30,683 bases of DNA, from positions 1 to 30,683 of the forward strand of contig JBGAQA010000085.1 in the NCBI GenBank assembly GCA_044220955.1, written 5' to 3'. The stretch comes from Sandaracinaceae bacterium. GTDB lineage: Bacteria; Myxococcota_A; Polyangia; Polyangiales; Sandaracinaceae. Of this stretch, positions 1 through 7,799 are shown in pieces (the stretch's first letter is position 1; every line of letters begins with the position of its first letter). The notes below the pieces were generated by a model that had not been told where the DNA came from, did no database searches, and saw nothing but the letters and a program-made list of their open reading frames with translations. The position numbers and the translations under genes are program-made.

Positions 1-267
1 CGCGCGTGGGTCTTCGGCGAAGGCGTCCGGCGTGCCGCGGAATGCGTTGCGCCGCAGCTGGTCGAGCACGATCAGGAGCGCCAGCGTGCCGCGCGCGCTC
101 GAGCGCCACGTGTCGAGCACGCCACGAGAGGCCTGCTCGATGCGCTCGCCGAAGCGCGACCGGATGTCGGCGTCGAGCGCCGGATCCTTGCCGTACCAGC
201 GTGCGCCGCGGGCCGCTCCGTCGCCGGCGAACCAGTACTCGAGGACTTCCTGCGCGCCCGCGTCCAT
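1..267 (-). CDS. DUF924 family protein (3' end runs off the window)
   Basis: Manual translation from ATG at 267: MDAGAQEVLEYWFAGD...RWYGKDPALDADIRSRFG...LALLIVLDQLRRNAFRGTPDAFAED. Matches the DUF924 pattern (vL.fWF, WF..d..fD..ir.rF, lDQfpRn.fRg). Not in the ORF track because it is open at the edge. Confidence 0.85.
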   Translation of the reverse strand, partial: MDAGAQEVLEYWFAGDGAARGARWYGKDPALDADIRSRFGERIEQASRGVLDTWRSSARGTLALLIVLDQLRRNAFRGTPDAFAEDPRA

Positions 268-309
268 GGCGACGGAGGGTAGCGTGGACCCGAGCGAGAG
301 CGCGAGCGC

Positions 310-1113
310 TCAGCGCCGTGCCTCCGCGATCTCGCGCATCAGCTCGTCGTGCACGGCGCCGTTGCTCGCGACGACGCGGCCGACGCGCAGCGAGGGCTCG
401 GCGCCCTCGTAGTCCGTCACGCGCGCTCCCGCGGCGCGCGCGATCGCGACCCCGGCGCACATGTCCCAGGGCGCGAGCTTCTGCTCCCAGTACGCGTCGT
501 ACGTTCCGTCCGCGACCAGGCAGAGGTCCATCGCCGCCGAGCCGCAGCGCCGGATCCCCTGCACCCGAGGGATGATGCGCGCGGCCTCGCGGAGATTGTT
601 CTCGGGGCTCGTGCGGCGATCGTAGGGGAAGCCCGTCCCGACGAGCGAGGCCGAGAGCGTCCCGGCGCGCGTCGAGACACGCGCTTCGGTCCGCGCGCCG
701 CGCTGCTCGCGCCACGCGCCCATCCCGTCCCCGCCGGCCCACGCCGTGTCGAGCGCCGGCGCGTACACCACGCCCGCGACGGGCGTGCCGCGGCGCGCGA
801 GCCCCAGCGACACGGAGTAGAAGAAGTGCCCGTGCGCGAAGTTCGTCGTGCCGTCGAGCGGGTCGCAGTACCAGACGAGGTCTTTGGCGGAATCGCCGCC
901 GGCCTCCTCGCAGACCACGCCCTGATCGGGGAACGCGGCGGCCATCCGTGCGCGGATCAGCCTCTCGCTCGCGAGGTCGAACTCCGTGACGAGATCGATC
1001 TCGCCCTTGTGCTGCACGCTCGCGCCCGTGCGCCAGCCGTCGAGCAGCAACGCGCCCGCCTCGCGCGCGATGGTGGTGGCGGTCCGGAGCGTGGCCGCGA
1101 GGTCGAGCGACAT
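310..1113 (-). CDS. suhB: Inositol monophosphatase family protein (SuhB-like)
   Basis: DLVTEFD, CEE, WYCDPLDGTTNFAHG, GSAAMDLCLVADG and WDMCAG motifs. Start placed at ATG 1113 (MSLDLAA) inside ORF 310..1359. Confidence 0.9.
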   Translation of the reverse strand: MSLDLAATLRTATTIAREAGALLLDGWRTGASVQHKGEIDLVTEFDLASERLIRARMAAAFPDQGVVCEEAGGDSAKDLVWYCDPLDGTTNFAHGHFFYSVSLGLARRGTPVAGVVYAPALDTAWAGGDGMGAWREQRGARTEARVSTRAGTLSASLVGTGFPYDRRTSPENNLREAARIIPRVQGIRRCGSAAMDLCLVADGTYDAYWEQKLAPWDMCAGVAIARAAGARVTDYEGAEPSLRVGRVVASNGAVHDELMREIAEARR

Positions 1114-1156
1114 GCCCGGCTCTACCACGTCACGGGTGCGCGTCTCGCCGTCGCCT

Positions 1157-1450
1157 CTACTCCCGCCGCGCCTCGCACGCGCCCGCTGCCCGGCAGTCCC
1201 AGTCGAGCGGATCAGCCTTGGCGACGCTCTCGTCGATGCGCCGCACGTGCACCCGATCCCCCGCCCGGACGCCGAGGGCCACGCCGTCCACGCCTCGCAC
1301 ACGAGTCGTCGCGCTGTCGGCGAAGTCCGAGGCGACCACGATCTCCGTTCGCGACGCACTCACCACCGAGCCGGTGAGCACCTCCGGGTCGAGGGCCGCG
1401 CCGGGGCCGCCGCAGGCGCTCGCGCAGAGAACGGCGGCGAGCGCCCTCAC
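1157..1450 (-). CDS. Small putative lipoprotein, unknown function (97 aa)
   Basis: GTG start overlaps the upstream stop (GTGA at 1447-1450). MRALAAVLCASAC looks like a short signal peptide plus lipobox, followed by a beta-rich body. This is the tail of ORF 1157..3352. Confidence 0.6.
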   Translation of the reverse strand: MRALAAVLCASACGGPGAALDPEVLTGSVVSASRTEIVVASDFADSATTRVRGVDGVALGVRAGDRVHVRRIDESVAKADPLDWDCRAAGACEARRE

Positions 1451-2235
1451 CCGCGCAGCAGCCTGCCGAGGTTCGCCTTCTCCCACGCGATCGAGCGCGC
1501 GTACTCGGGATAGGCGCGCTCGCGCGCGCGGAACGAGGGCGTGTGGAACTCGGTGCGCGCGGCCGTGACGCGCGGCGGCTCGACGTGGTGGAGCATCTCG
1601 TGGAAGACGATGAAGCGGACGAAGAAGCGCGGCACCCAGCTCTGGTCGAGGTGGGGGTGGACGCGGATCACGCGCTCGTCGTGAGAGTACGTGCCGAGCC
1701 GGATGGAGCGCCGCCGGCGCGCGCCCGAGGTCGCGCCGCGCCCCCAGGTGATGCCTACACCGCCCACGGCGCCGGGGAAGTGATCGCGCTCGACCTCGGC
1801 GAAGATGGAGCCGAGGTCGTGCGCCTCGCCGCGCGCGTCGAGGACGCGCGGGGGTTGCGCCCTCGTGATGTCGGCGCGCCGCGCGTCGATGTACTGCGTG
1901 ATCGCCCACGACGCGCGTCGATCGCCCGTCTTGAGGTAGAGCGCGACGGCGTCGAGCAGCTCGTCGGTGGCGGCCTCGAAGATGCGGTGCATGCGCACGG
2001 TCGTCGTCGCCGCGCCGCGGACGCTCGAGAGCACGGTGCGACGGTTGCCGGTCCAGACCACGTCGCAGGGGCCCAGGGTGGGCGAGAGGCGGAGCACGAT
2101 GCGCGTCTCGGGCGCGGGCGAAGGTGGCGCGAACGCGGGGGCCGGCTCGGGCGCGGGGGCCGCCGCAGCGTCGAAGTCGATCGCGATCTGTCGGGGATCG
2201 ACCGAGATACGACGCTTCGCGATCGAACCTGCCAC
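1447..2235 (-). CDS. SprT/YgjP-like zinc metalloprotease
   Basis: LGTY...IRVHPHLD...P.F.VRFIVFHEMLHH...HTPSFRARE pattern (HExxH plus downstream H..F). Confidence 0.8.
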   Translation of the reverse strand: MAGSIAKRRISVDPRQIAIDFDAAAAPAPEPAPAFAPPSPAPETRIVLRLSPTLGPCDVVWTGNRRTVLSSVRGAATTTVRMHRIFEAATDELLDAVALYLKTGDRRASWAITQYIDARRADITRAQPPRVLDARGEAHDLGSIFAEVERDHFPGAVGGVGITWGRGATSGARRRRSIRLGTYSHDERVIRVHPHLDQSWVPRFFVRFIVFHEMLHHVEPPRVTAARTEFHTPSFRARERAYPEYARSIAWEKANLGRLLRG

Positions 2236-2265
2236 GGCGCGATACTAGAAAATCGATCGATCCCG

Positions 2266-3549
2266 TCAAGTCGCGCGAACGCGCTCCGCGATCGCCGCGA
2301 CCTCGGCCTCCTCGGCCTCGGACAGCGAGCCGACCGCCACCACATGCAGCGAGCGCTCGTGGAACACGTCGCGCGCGACGGTGCGCAGCTGCTCCTCCGT
2401 GACGCCATCGATCCGCGCAGCGAGCGTGGCGAGCTCGGTGTCCACGCCGAACAGAAGACCCGTCGCGGCGAGCTCCGCGAGCGCGCCCGAGTCGTCTCGC
2501 GCCGCACGGAGCGCGAAGTGCGCGCGCGTCCTGGCCTTGTCGATCTCGCTCCTCGAGATCTCGCCGCCGCGCAGCGCGAGGACCACCTGGAGCAGCGCGT
2601 CCGTGACCGGCGCGGCGCTCTCCGGCGCCGCGCTCGCGCCAAGGACGTAGAGCCCGGTGTCCTCGTACGTCGCGAGCTCGCCGAACGCCTCGTACGCGAG
2701 CCCCCGGTCCTCGACGATCGTGCGGAACACCCGCGCGCTCATCCCGTCGTCGACGATGCGCCCGAGCAGCGAGAGCGCGGGGTGGGCGGGATGGGTCTCG
2801 CCCATCGCGCCGAACGCGATCCGGACGTCGACCTGCGCGCCGATGCTGTCGACGTAGTGCATGCGCGGGCCGGGCGGGCTCGCGACGAAGGGCGACGGCG
2901 CGACGCGCGCCCCACGCGGCACGCCGGCGAACGCACGGGTGGCGGCCGCCAGCACCGCCTCCTCGTCGAACGCACCCGCGACCGCCAGGACCGAGCCGTC
3001 CGCGACGTAGTGAGCGCGGTGCCAGGCCAGCAGGCTCTCGCGGTCGAACGCGGACAGGTTCTCCTCGGATCCGAGGATCGGCTGCCCGAGCGGGTGGTCG
3101 CCGAACGCCGCGCGGTGGATCTGGTCGTCGGCGTCGACGTTGCGGCCGTCCTCGTCGAGGTGCTCGAGGATCTCTTCTCGGGCCACCCGCTTCTCGACTT
3201 CGACGTGCGAGAGGACGGGGTCGAAGATCTCCGCGAGCAGCGCCGTCGCCGCCGCGGCGTCCTCGGGCGGCAGCGTGACGTCGAAGAGCGTGTGGTCGGC
3301 CGTCGTCGACGCCCCCAGCGTGCCGCCGAGCCGCTCGAAGGCGTCGTTCCACGCGTGCGAGGTGGGGTGCGCCGTCGTGCCGCGGAAGAGCATGTGCTCG
3401 AGGAAGTGGCTGACGCCGTTCTCCTCGGGGCGCTCGTAGCGGGAGCCGACGCGCACCGCGAGCGCGACGGTGGCGCTGGAGAGGTGCGCCGCGGGGCAGA
3501 GCGCGATGCGCAGGCCGTTCGGAAGGACGTGGAGCGTCCGCCCGCTCAC
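2266..3549 (-). CDS. M16 (pitrilysin/insulinase) family peptidase
   Basis: LPNGL, GSRYE...NGVSHFLEHMLFRGT inverted zinc motif HxxEH, and RGLAYE in the C-terminal half. Start overlaps the ppiD stop (GTGA). Confidence 0.92.
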   Translation of the reverse strand: MSGRTLHVLPNGLRIALCPAAHLSSATVALAVRVGSRYERPEENGVSHFLEHMLFRGTTAHPTSHAWNDAFERLGGTLGASTTADHTLFDVTLPPEDAAAATALLAEIFDPVLSHVEVEKRVAREEILEHLDEDGRNVDADDQIHRAAFGDHPLGQPILGSEENLSAFDRESLLAWHRAHYVADGSVLAVAGAFDEEAVLAAATRAFAGVPRGARVAPSPFVASPPGPRMHYVDSIGAQVDVRIAFGAMGETHPAHPALSLLGRIVDDGMSARVFRTIVEDRGLAYEAFGELATYEDTGLYVLGASAAPESAAPVTDALLQVVLALRGGEISRSEIDKARTRAHFALRAARDDSGALAELAATGLLFGVDTELATLAARIDGVTEEQLRTVARDVFHERSLHVVAVGSLSEAEEAEVAAIAERVRAT

Positions 3550-5327
3550 GCGGGCAGGTCGAGCAGGCGACGGTCGAGCGCCGACTCCTCCTCGCCGTGA
3601 TCGCCCTCGCCCTCGCCGTCCGCGGGGTCCTCGTCGGACGGCTCGTCGCCGTAGTCGAGCACCGAGTCGTCGGTGCGGAACTGGCCCTCGGCGATCGCGC
3701 GCTCGCGCAGCCCGTGCACGAACGCCCGCACGGCTTCCTGCCGCTTGGTCGTCAGCAGCGAGTCGACGATGCGCTGGCGCACCTCGTCGGTGAGGCCGTC
3801 CGGCGTCGCGATCGTGCGCTCGGTCAGCTGGTACACGAACCAGTCGCTGCCGAGCTGCATGGGCTCCTCGGGCAGGGGCTGCTCGAGGGTCATCGCGAAC
3901 GCGGCGCGGGTGAGCGGCCCGGCGTCGAACGCGCCCGAGACGGGCGTGTCGGTGTGACCGAACGAGCGGGTCTCGCGAGCCTGCGGCGCCGAGGGGTCAC
4001 GCTCGGGCTCCTCGGGCGCCGGCGGCGTGGTCCCGTCCGCGGCGGGCTCGGGCGGCGGCGGCGGTGGCGCCCAGTCGCGCAGCAGCTGCTGGTCGAGCTC
4101 GTCCATCGTGTGTCCGTCGCGCAGGTACGCGAGCGCCCGGACCGCCTGCTGGTGCGCGAGCTCGCTCGCGGCCGAGCTCTGGTAGAGCCCCGTCGCGATC
4201 TCGAGCTTGGCCTCGTCCTCGGGCACGTCGCCCTCGCGGTGACCGACGACGCTGATCACGTGGAAGCCGAACTGCGTCTCGACGAGGTGGTCGGTGACGT
4301 GGCCCGCCTCGGTCGCGAACTGCGCCTCGTCGAAGGGCGCGACCATCCGCCCGTGCGCGTTCCAGCCCAGGTCGCCGCCCGAGGGCGCGCTGCCCTCGTC
4401 CTCGCTGTACTGGCGCGCCAGGGCCGCGAAGTCCTCGCCCGCCTGCGCGCGGCGCAGCAGATCGGCGGCGCGCGCTCGCGCCGCGTCCCGGTCGGCCTGC
4501 GGGGCGTCCTCGGACGCCTTGATCAGGATGTGCCGGGCGCGCACCTGCGGCTCGAGGTCGGTGTAGCGGTGGCGCTGCCGCGTGTACTCCTCGTCGACCT
4601 CGGTCTGGTGCGACTCCATCCAGGCACGGACGTTGGCCGGGCTCGCGTCCACGCGGTCCTGGTAGTACGACTCGCGGAACTGCACGTAGCGCAGCTTGGC
4701 GCGCTCGGTGTCGCGCACGTATTGGTCCTGGATCTCCTCGGGGGCGATCGTGGCCTGCGCGGCGACGGCCTCGCGCATGCGCGCGGCGAGGCGCTCGCGG
4801 ACCTGCCAGTGCGTGAACTCGTCCGAGCTGCGGCGGAGGTGGTTGTTGATGTAGCGACGGACGTTCTTGCTGGAGAACTCGCCGCCGTCGTCCGTGAAGT
4901 CGATCGGGCTGAGCGCCGGGCCGGGATAGCCGGCGGGCGCGTCCACCGGAGGGTTCCGGTAGATGACGCCCGTCTCGACGAACTCGTTCATGACGTCGCC
5001 CGGGTCGACCCCGAAGCCGATGCGCTCGGCCTCGTGCGCGAGCAGCTCGCGCTCCACGAGACCGTCGAGGGTCAGCTCCCGCAGGCGCAGCGTGCGGGCC
5101 TGCTTGGTCGGGTACTGAGAGAAGTTCGTCACGGCGTACGCCGCGCGGAAGTCGCCCTCGGTGATCGTCTCGCCGTAGACCCGCGCCGCGAAGTGCGTCT
5201 GCTGGATCGACTCCGTGCAGCCGCGCGCCTGGGGGCCACCGAACTGGAGGATGAAGACGGCGCTCAGCGCGAGCACGATGAGGAGGAGGACGACCGTCTG
5301 GAAGCGCTGCTGGATGAGCTCGAGCAT
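3546..5327 (-). CDS. ppiD: PpiD/SurA-type periplasmic chaperone, parvulin peptidyl-prolyl isomerase
   Basis: N-terminal TM helix and SurA_N-like region (AARVYGETIT). Rotamase motif VRARHILIK...FAALARQYSEDEGSAPSGGDLGW...MVAPFDEA...ETQFGFHVI. Start at ATG 5327. Confidence 0.85.
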   Translation of the reverse strand: MLELIQQRFQTVVLLLIVLALSAVFILQFGGPQARGCTESIQQTHFAARVYGETITEGDFRAAYAVTNFSQYPTKQARTLRLRELTLDGLVERELLAHEAERIGFGVDPGDVMNEFVETGVIYRNPPVDAPAGYPGPALSPIDFTDDGGEFSSKNVRRYINNHLRRSSDEFTHWQVRERLAARMREAVAAQATIAPEEIQDQYVRDTERAKLRYVQFRESYYQDRVDASPANVRAWMESHQTEVDEEYTRQRHRYTDLEPQVRARHILIKASEDAPQADRDAARARAADLLRRAQAGEDFAALARQYSEDEGSAPSGGDLGWNAHGRMVAPFDEAQFATEAGHVTDHLVETQFGFHVISVVGHREGDVPEDEAKLEIATGLYQSSAASELAHQQAVRALAYLRDGHTMDELDQQLLRDWAPPPPPPEPAADGTTPPAPEEPERDPSAPQARETRSFGHTDTPVSGAFDAGPLTRAAFAMTLEQPLPEEPMQLGSDWFVYQLTERTIATPDGLTDEVRQRIVDSLLTTKRQEAVRAFVHGLRERAIAEGQFRTDDSVLDYGDEPSDEDPADGEGEGDHGEEESALDRRLLDLPA

Positions 5328-5461
5328 GGGGCGGGCCTTGAGCGGAGTGGGCGGGAGCGGCGGCGCGAAAGACGCGCAGTTTCGCCCAAAGGGGGCGAAC
5401 CCTAGCCGGGGGTCGAGACGGTCGCAAGGCCGTAGCGACGCGGCTCCCGGCCCCGTGGTCG

Positions 5462-5920
5462 TCAGTTCCGGACGGCGCAGTCCACGGTGAGCTGCACGCG
5501 CTCTTCGGTGGCCGTCGAGCCCAGGCTGAGCACCGCCGCGCGCGCGCCCCAGCTGGCGCCCACGATCTGGCAGAAACCGGTCGTCGAGAGGATGGCGTCC
5601 CCGCGCCGGCACTCGAGCGTGCGGACCTCGGACCAGTGCTCGGTGTCGACGGCGGCCCGTGTCGGGACGCCGACGGTGCAGCTCCAGCCCGTGACCTCGG
5701 GCAGGACCACGGCCGTGGCGGCCTCCGGGATCGTCGCGCGGCTCGAGGGCAGCTCGCCGTAGGCGGAGACGAACACGCTCCAGTCGATCACGGTGCCCGT
5801 CATCGGGATCACGGCGGGGGGCGGCGGGGCGGGCGTGCGTCGATGACCGCCCTGGGCGGCGGCGCCGCCGGCGAGGGCCGTGCAGGCGAGCATCGAGAGC
5901 ACCCTGAGGCGTGTCCGCAT
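5462..5920 (-). CDS. Secreted hypothetical protein (152 aa)
   Basis: Signal peptide MRTRLRVLSMLACTALAGGAAAQ, Pro linker, beta-rich domain with Cys residues. Confidence 0.65.
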   Translation of the reverse strand: MRTRLRVLSMLACTALAGGAAAQGGHRRTPAPPPPAVIPMTGTVIDWSVFVSAYGELPSSRATIPEAATAVVLPEVTGWSCTVGVPTRAAVDTEHWSEVRTLECRRGDAILSTTGFCQIVGASWGARAAVLSLGSTATEERVQLTVDCAVRN

Positions 5921-5988
5921 GCCGTGGCTCGTGATCGACGGGTGGGGCCGGCTACCGATTCACCGGGCTCCGGGTGTATAGCGCACTC

Positions 5989-7194
5989 GTGGATCGACCG
6001 GACAGCGGGGCGCTCGATGAGGCCGTCGGCGCGGCCTTCGAGCCCGAGCAGGTCCCGCTGCTCGCGGCGCTCGTCGAGCAATCGAGCTGCAGCCGAGAGC
6101 CCGAGGACGTGGAGGCCGCCTTCACGATCCTCGACGGCGCGGCGGCGGCGACCGGCCTGCGCGTCGAGCGGCACCCGGACGTGGCGGCCGGCGTCGCGGC
6201 GCATCGCGTGTACTCGACGTGCGCGCCCGAGGCGTCCGCCCTCGCGCTCGTCGGGCACCTCGACACGGTGTTTCCGCGGGCGATGGGGTTCTCCGGGTTC
6301 CGTCGCGAGGGTGACGTCGCGCGCGGCCCAGGGGTGCTCGACATGAAGTCGGGGCTGACCTCGATGCTCTTCGCCCTGCGTGCGCTGCGCGCGGTCTGGC
6401 CCGAGGGCGCCGCGCGCCTGCCGCTGCGCTTGATCGTGGTGAGCGACGAGGAGATAGGCTCTCCCTCCAGCCAGGCCCTGTTCGCGGCCATCGCGCCGCG
6501 GACGAGCGCGGCGCTCGTCTTCGAGGCGGGCCGCGACCAGGATCGGATCGTCACCCGTCGAAAGGGGGGAGGCCTCTATTCCGTCGAGGCGCGGGGGGTG
6601 GCCGCGCACGCCGGCAACCGCTACCTCGACGGCACGAACGCGATCGTCGCCCTCTCGATCGTACTGCCGCGCCTCGAGGCGCTGAGCGACGCCGCGCGCG
6701 GCACCACGGTCAGCGTCGGCCTGATCGAGGGAGGCACCGCGAAGAACACGGTGCCCGATCACGCGGTCGCGCACCTCGACGCGCGCTACGCGTCCCTCGG
6801 CGAGGTCGCGCGGCTCGAGCAGGCCATGCGCGCGCTGCTCGCCGATCCGTTCGAGGGCGTCCCGGAGTCGCTGGCGCCCGAGCGGCTCCGCAAGGCGCGC
6901 CTGGCGCTGCTCGGCGGCGTCACGCGTCCGCCGATGGAGCCGACTGCGGCGACCGACGCGCTGCTCGCGTCGTACTCGGAGTGCGCGCGGGCCGTCGGGC
7001 TGGGCGCGGGCGAGGCGCCGCTCCAGGGTGGGGGCTCGGATGCGAACCTCCTCGCCGCCCGCGGTGTGCCCTGCCTCGATGGTCTCGGGCCCTATGGGCA
7101 GTACTTCCACGAGACGCGGGAGTGGTGCAGTCTCGGGAGCCTCGCGCGGCGCACCCGGGCGCTCGCACGGTTCCTGGCCAACGCCGTCGTCTGA
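5989..7194 (+). CDS. M20/M25/M40 family metallo-hydrolase (glutamate carboxypeptidase-like)
   Basis: GHLDTVF, GPGVLDMKSG, SDEEIGS, FEAG, AHAG, GGGSDAN, DGLGP and HETRE motifs. Start is GTG 5989 (6 nt after TATAGC) or GTG 5974. Confidence 0.9.
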   Translation: MDRPDSGALDEAVGAAFEPEQVPLLAALVEQSSCSREPEDVEAAFTILDGAAAATGLRVERHPDVAAGVAAHRVYSTCAPEASALALVGHLDTVFPRAMGFSGFRREGDVARGPGVLDMKSGLTSMLFALRALRAVWPEGAARLPLRLIVVSDEEIGSPSSQALFAAIAPRTSAALVFEAGRDQDRIVTRRKGGGLYSVEARGVAAHAGNRYLDGTNAIVALSIVLPRLEALSDAARGTTVSVGLIEGGTAKNTVPDHAVAHLDARYASLGEVARLEQAMRALLADPFEGVPESLAPERLRKARLALLGGVTRPPMEPTAATDALLASYSECARAVGLGAGEAPLQGGGSDANLLAARGVPCLDGLGPYGQYFHETREWCSLGSLARRTRALARFLANAVV

Positions 7195-7337
7195 AGCTTC
7201 CGGGCCCACCCGTGTGGACGCCCAGCCACGCTCGGGCGGGGGATTCTCGGCCGTTCTCCGTAGAGCATGGGCGGCGAGGCGTTTGCGACAGGCGGGGGCG
7301 CTCGCCAGAGCGAGCCAACCAGAGGGAGAGCAGGGAC

Positions 7338-7763
7338 ATGGGAAACAATCGGAGCTTCATCGTGGCGTTCGTCGCGGGCCTGATCGGGCTCGGGGTCGCA
7401 GGCACGGCGCTCGCGCAGGCGACGGGCGGCGTGACGACGACGGAGGTCGTGGCCGCCCACGGGTTCGCGCACGGCCGTGCCGTCGATCCGGCCTCCACGT
7501 TCACGGCGGCCGACGGGCGCATCTACATCGCCATCGCGGTGCAGAACGACACCGGCGCGGAGGCCGAGATCACGGTCCAGTTCCAGCGCGCCGACCAGCC
7601 CGTCGGCACGGGTGTCGGCAGCACGCACCTGAGCGTCCCCGCTCAGCATCGCCCCTACCACACCGTCGCTCGCACCGGCGCGCGCCCGGGGCAGTGGCGC
7701 GCCGTCGTCCGCGACGCTGGCGGCAACGTGATCGGGCAGGTCGAGTTCACCGTCACGGAGTGA
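7338..7763 (+). CDS. Secreted Ig-like protein, DUF2914-like
   Basis: Purine-rich RBS region (AGGGAGAG...GGGAC) and signal peptide ending ALAQA. C-terminal pattern GQWRAVVRDAGGNVIGQVEFTV is typical of DUF2914. Confidence 0.7.
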   Translation: MGNNRSFIVAFVAGLIGLGVAGTALAQATGGVTTTEVVAAHGFAHGRAVDPASTFTAADGRIYIAIAVQNDTGAEAEITVQFQRADQPVGTGVGSTHLSVPAQHRPYHTVARTGARPGQWRAVVRDAGGNVIGQVEFTVTE

Positions 7764-7774
7764 CGCGCGTCGGC

Positions 7775-7783
7775 TGGTATAGT
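7775..7783 (+). promoter_or_regulatory. Extended -10 element (TGnTATAGT) upstream of the V4R hybrid kinase
   Basis: TGGTATAGT matches TGnTANNNT in the short gap between the DUF2914-like gene and the kinase. Confidence 0.45.
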
Positions 7784-7799
7784 CGGTGCGGGGGATCCG

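Noticed and set aside
7219..7238. Hairpin after the M20 gene as an intrinsic terminator
   Set aside because: The stem is imperfect, has no U-tract, and is expected by chance at this GC content.
7761..7790. Selenocysteine readthrough of the in-frame UGA via a downstream G:U-rich hairpin
   Set aside because: The hairpin loop is only ~13 nt from the UGA, the position is the natural C-terminus of an Ig-like domain rather than a Cys-equivalent site, and a fusion would join a secreted domain to a cytoplasmic kinase with no TM segment.
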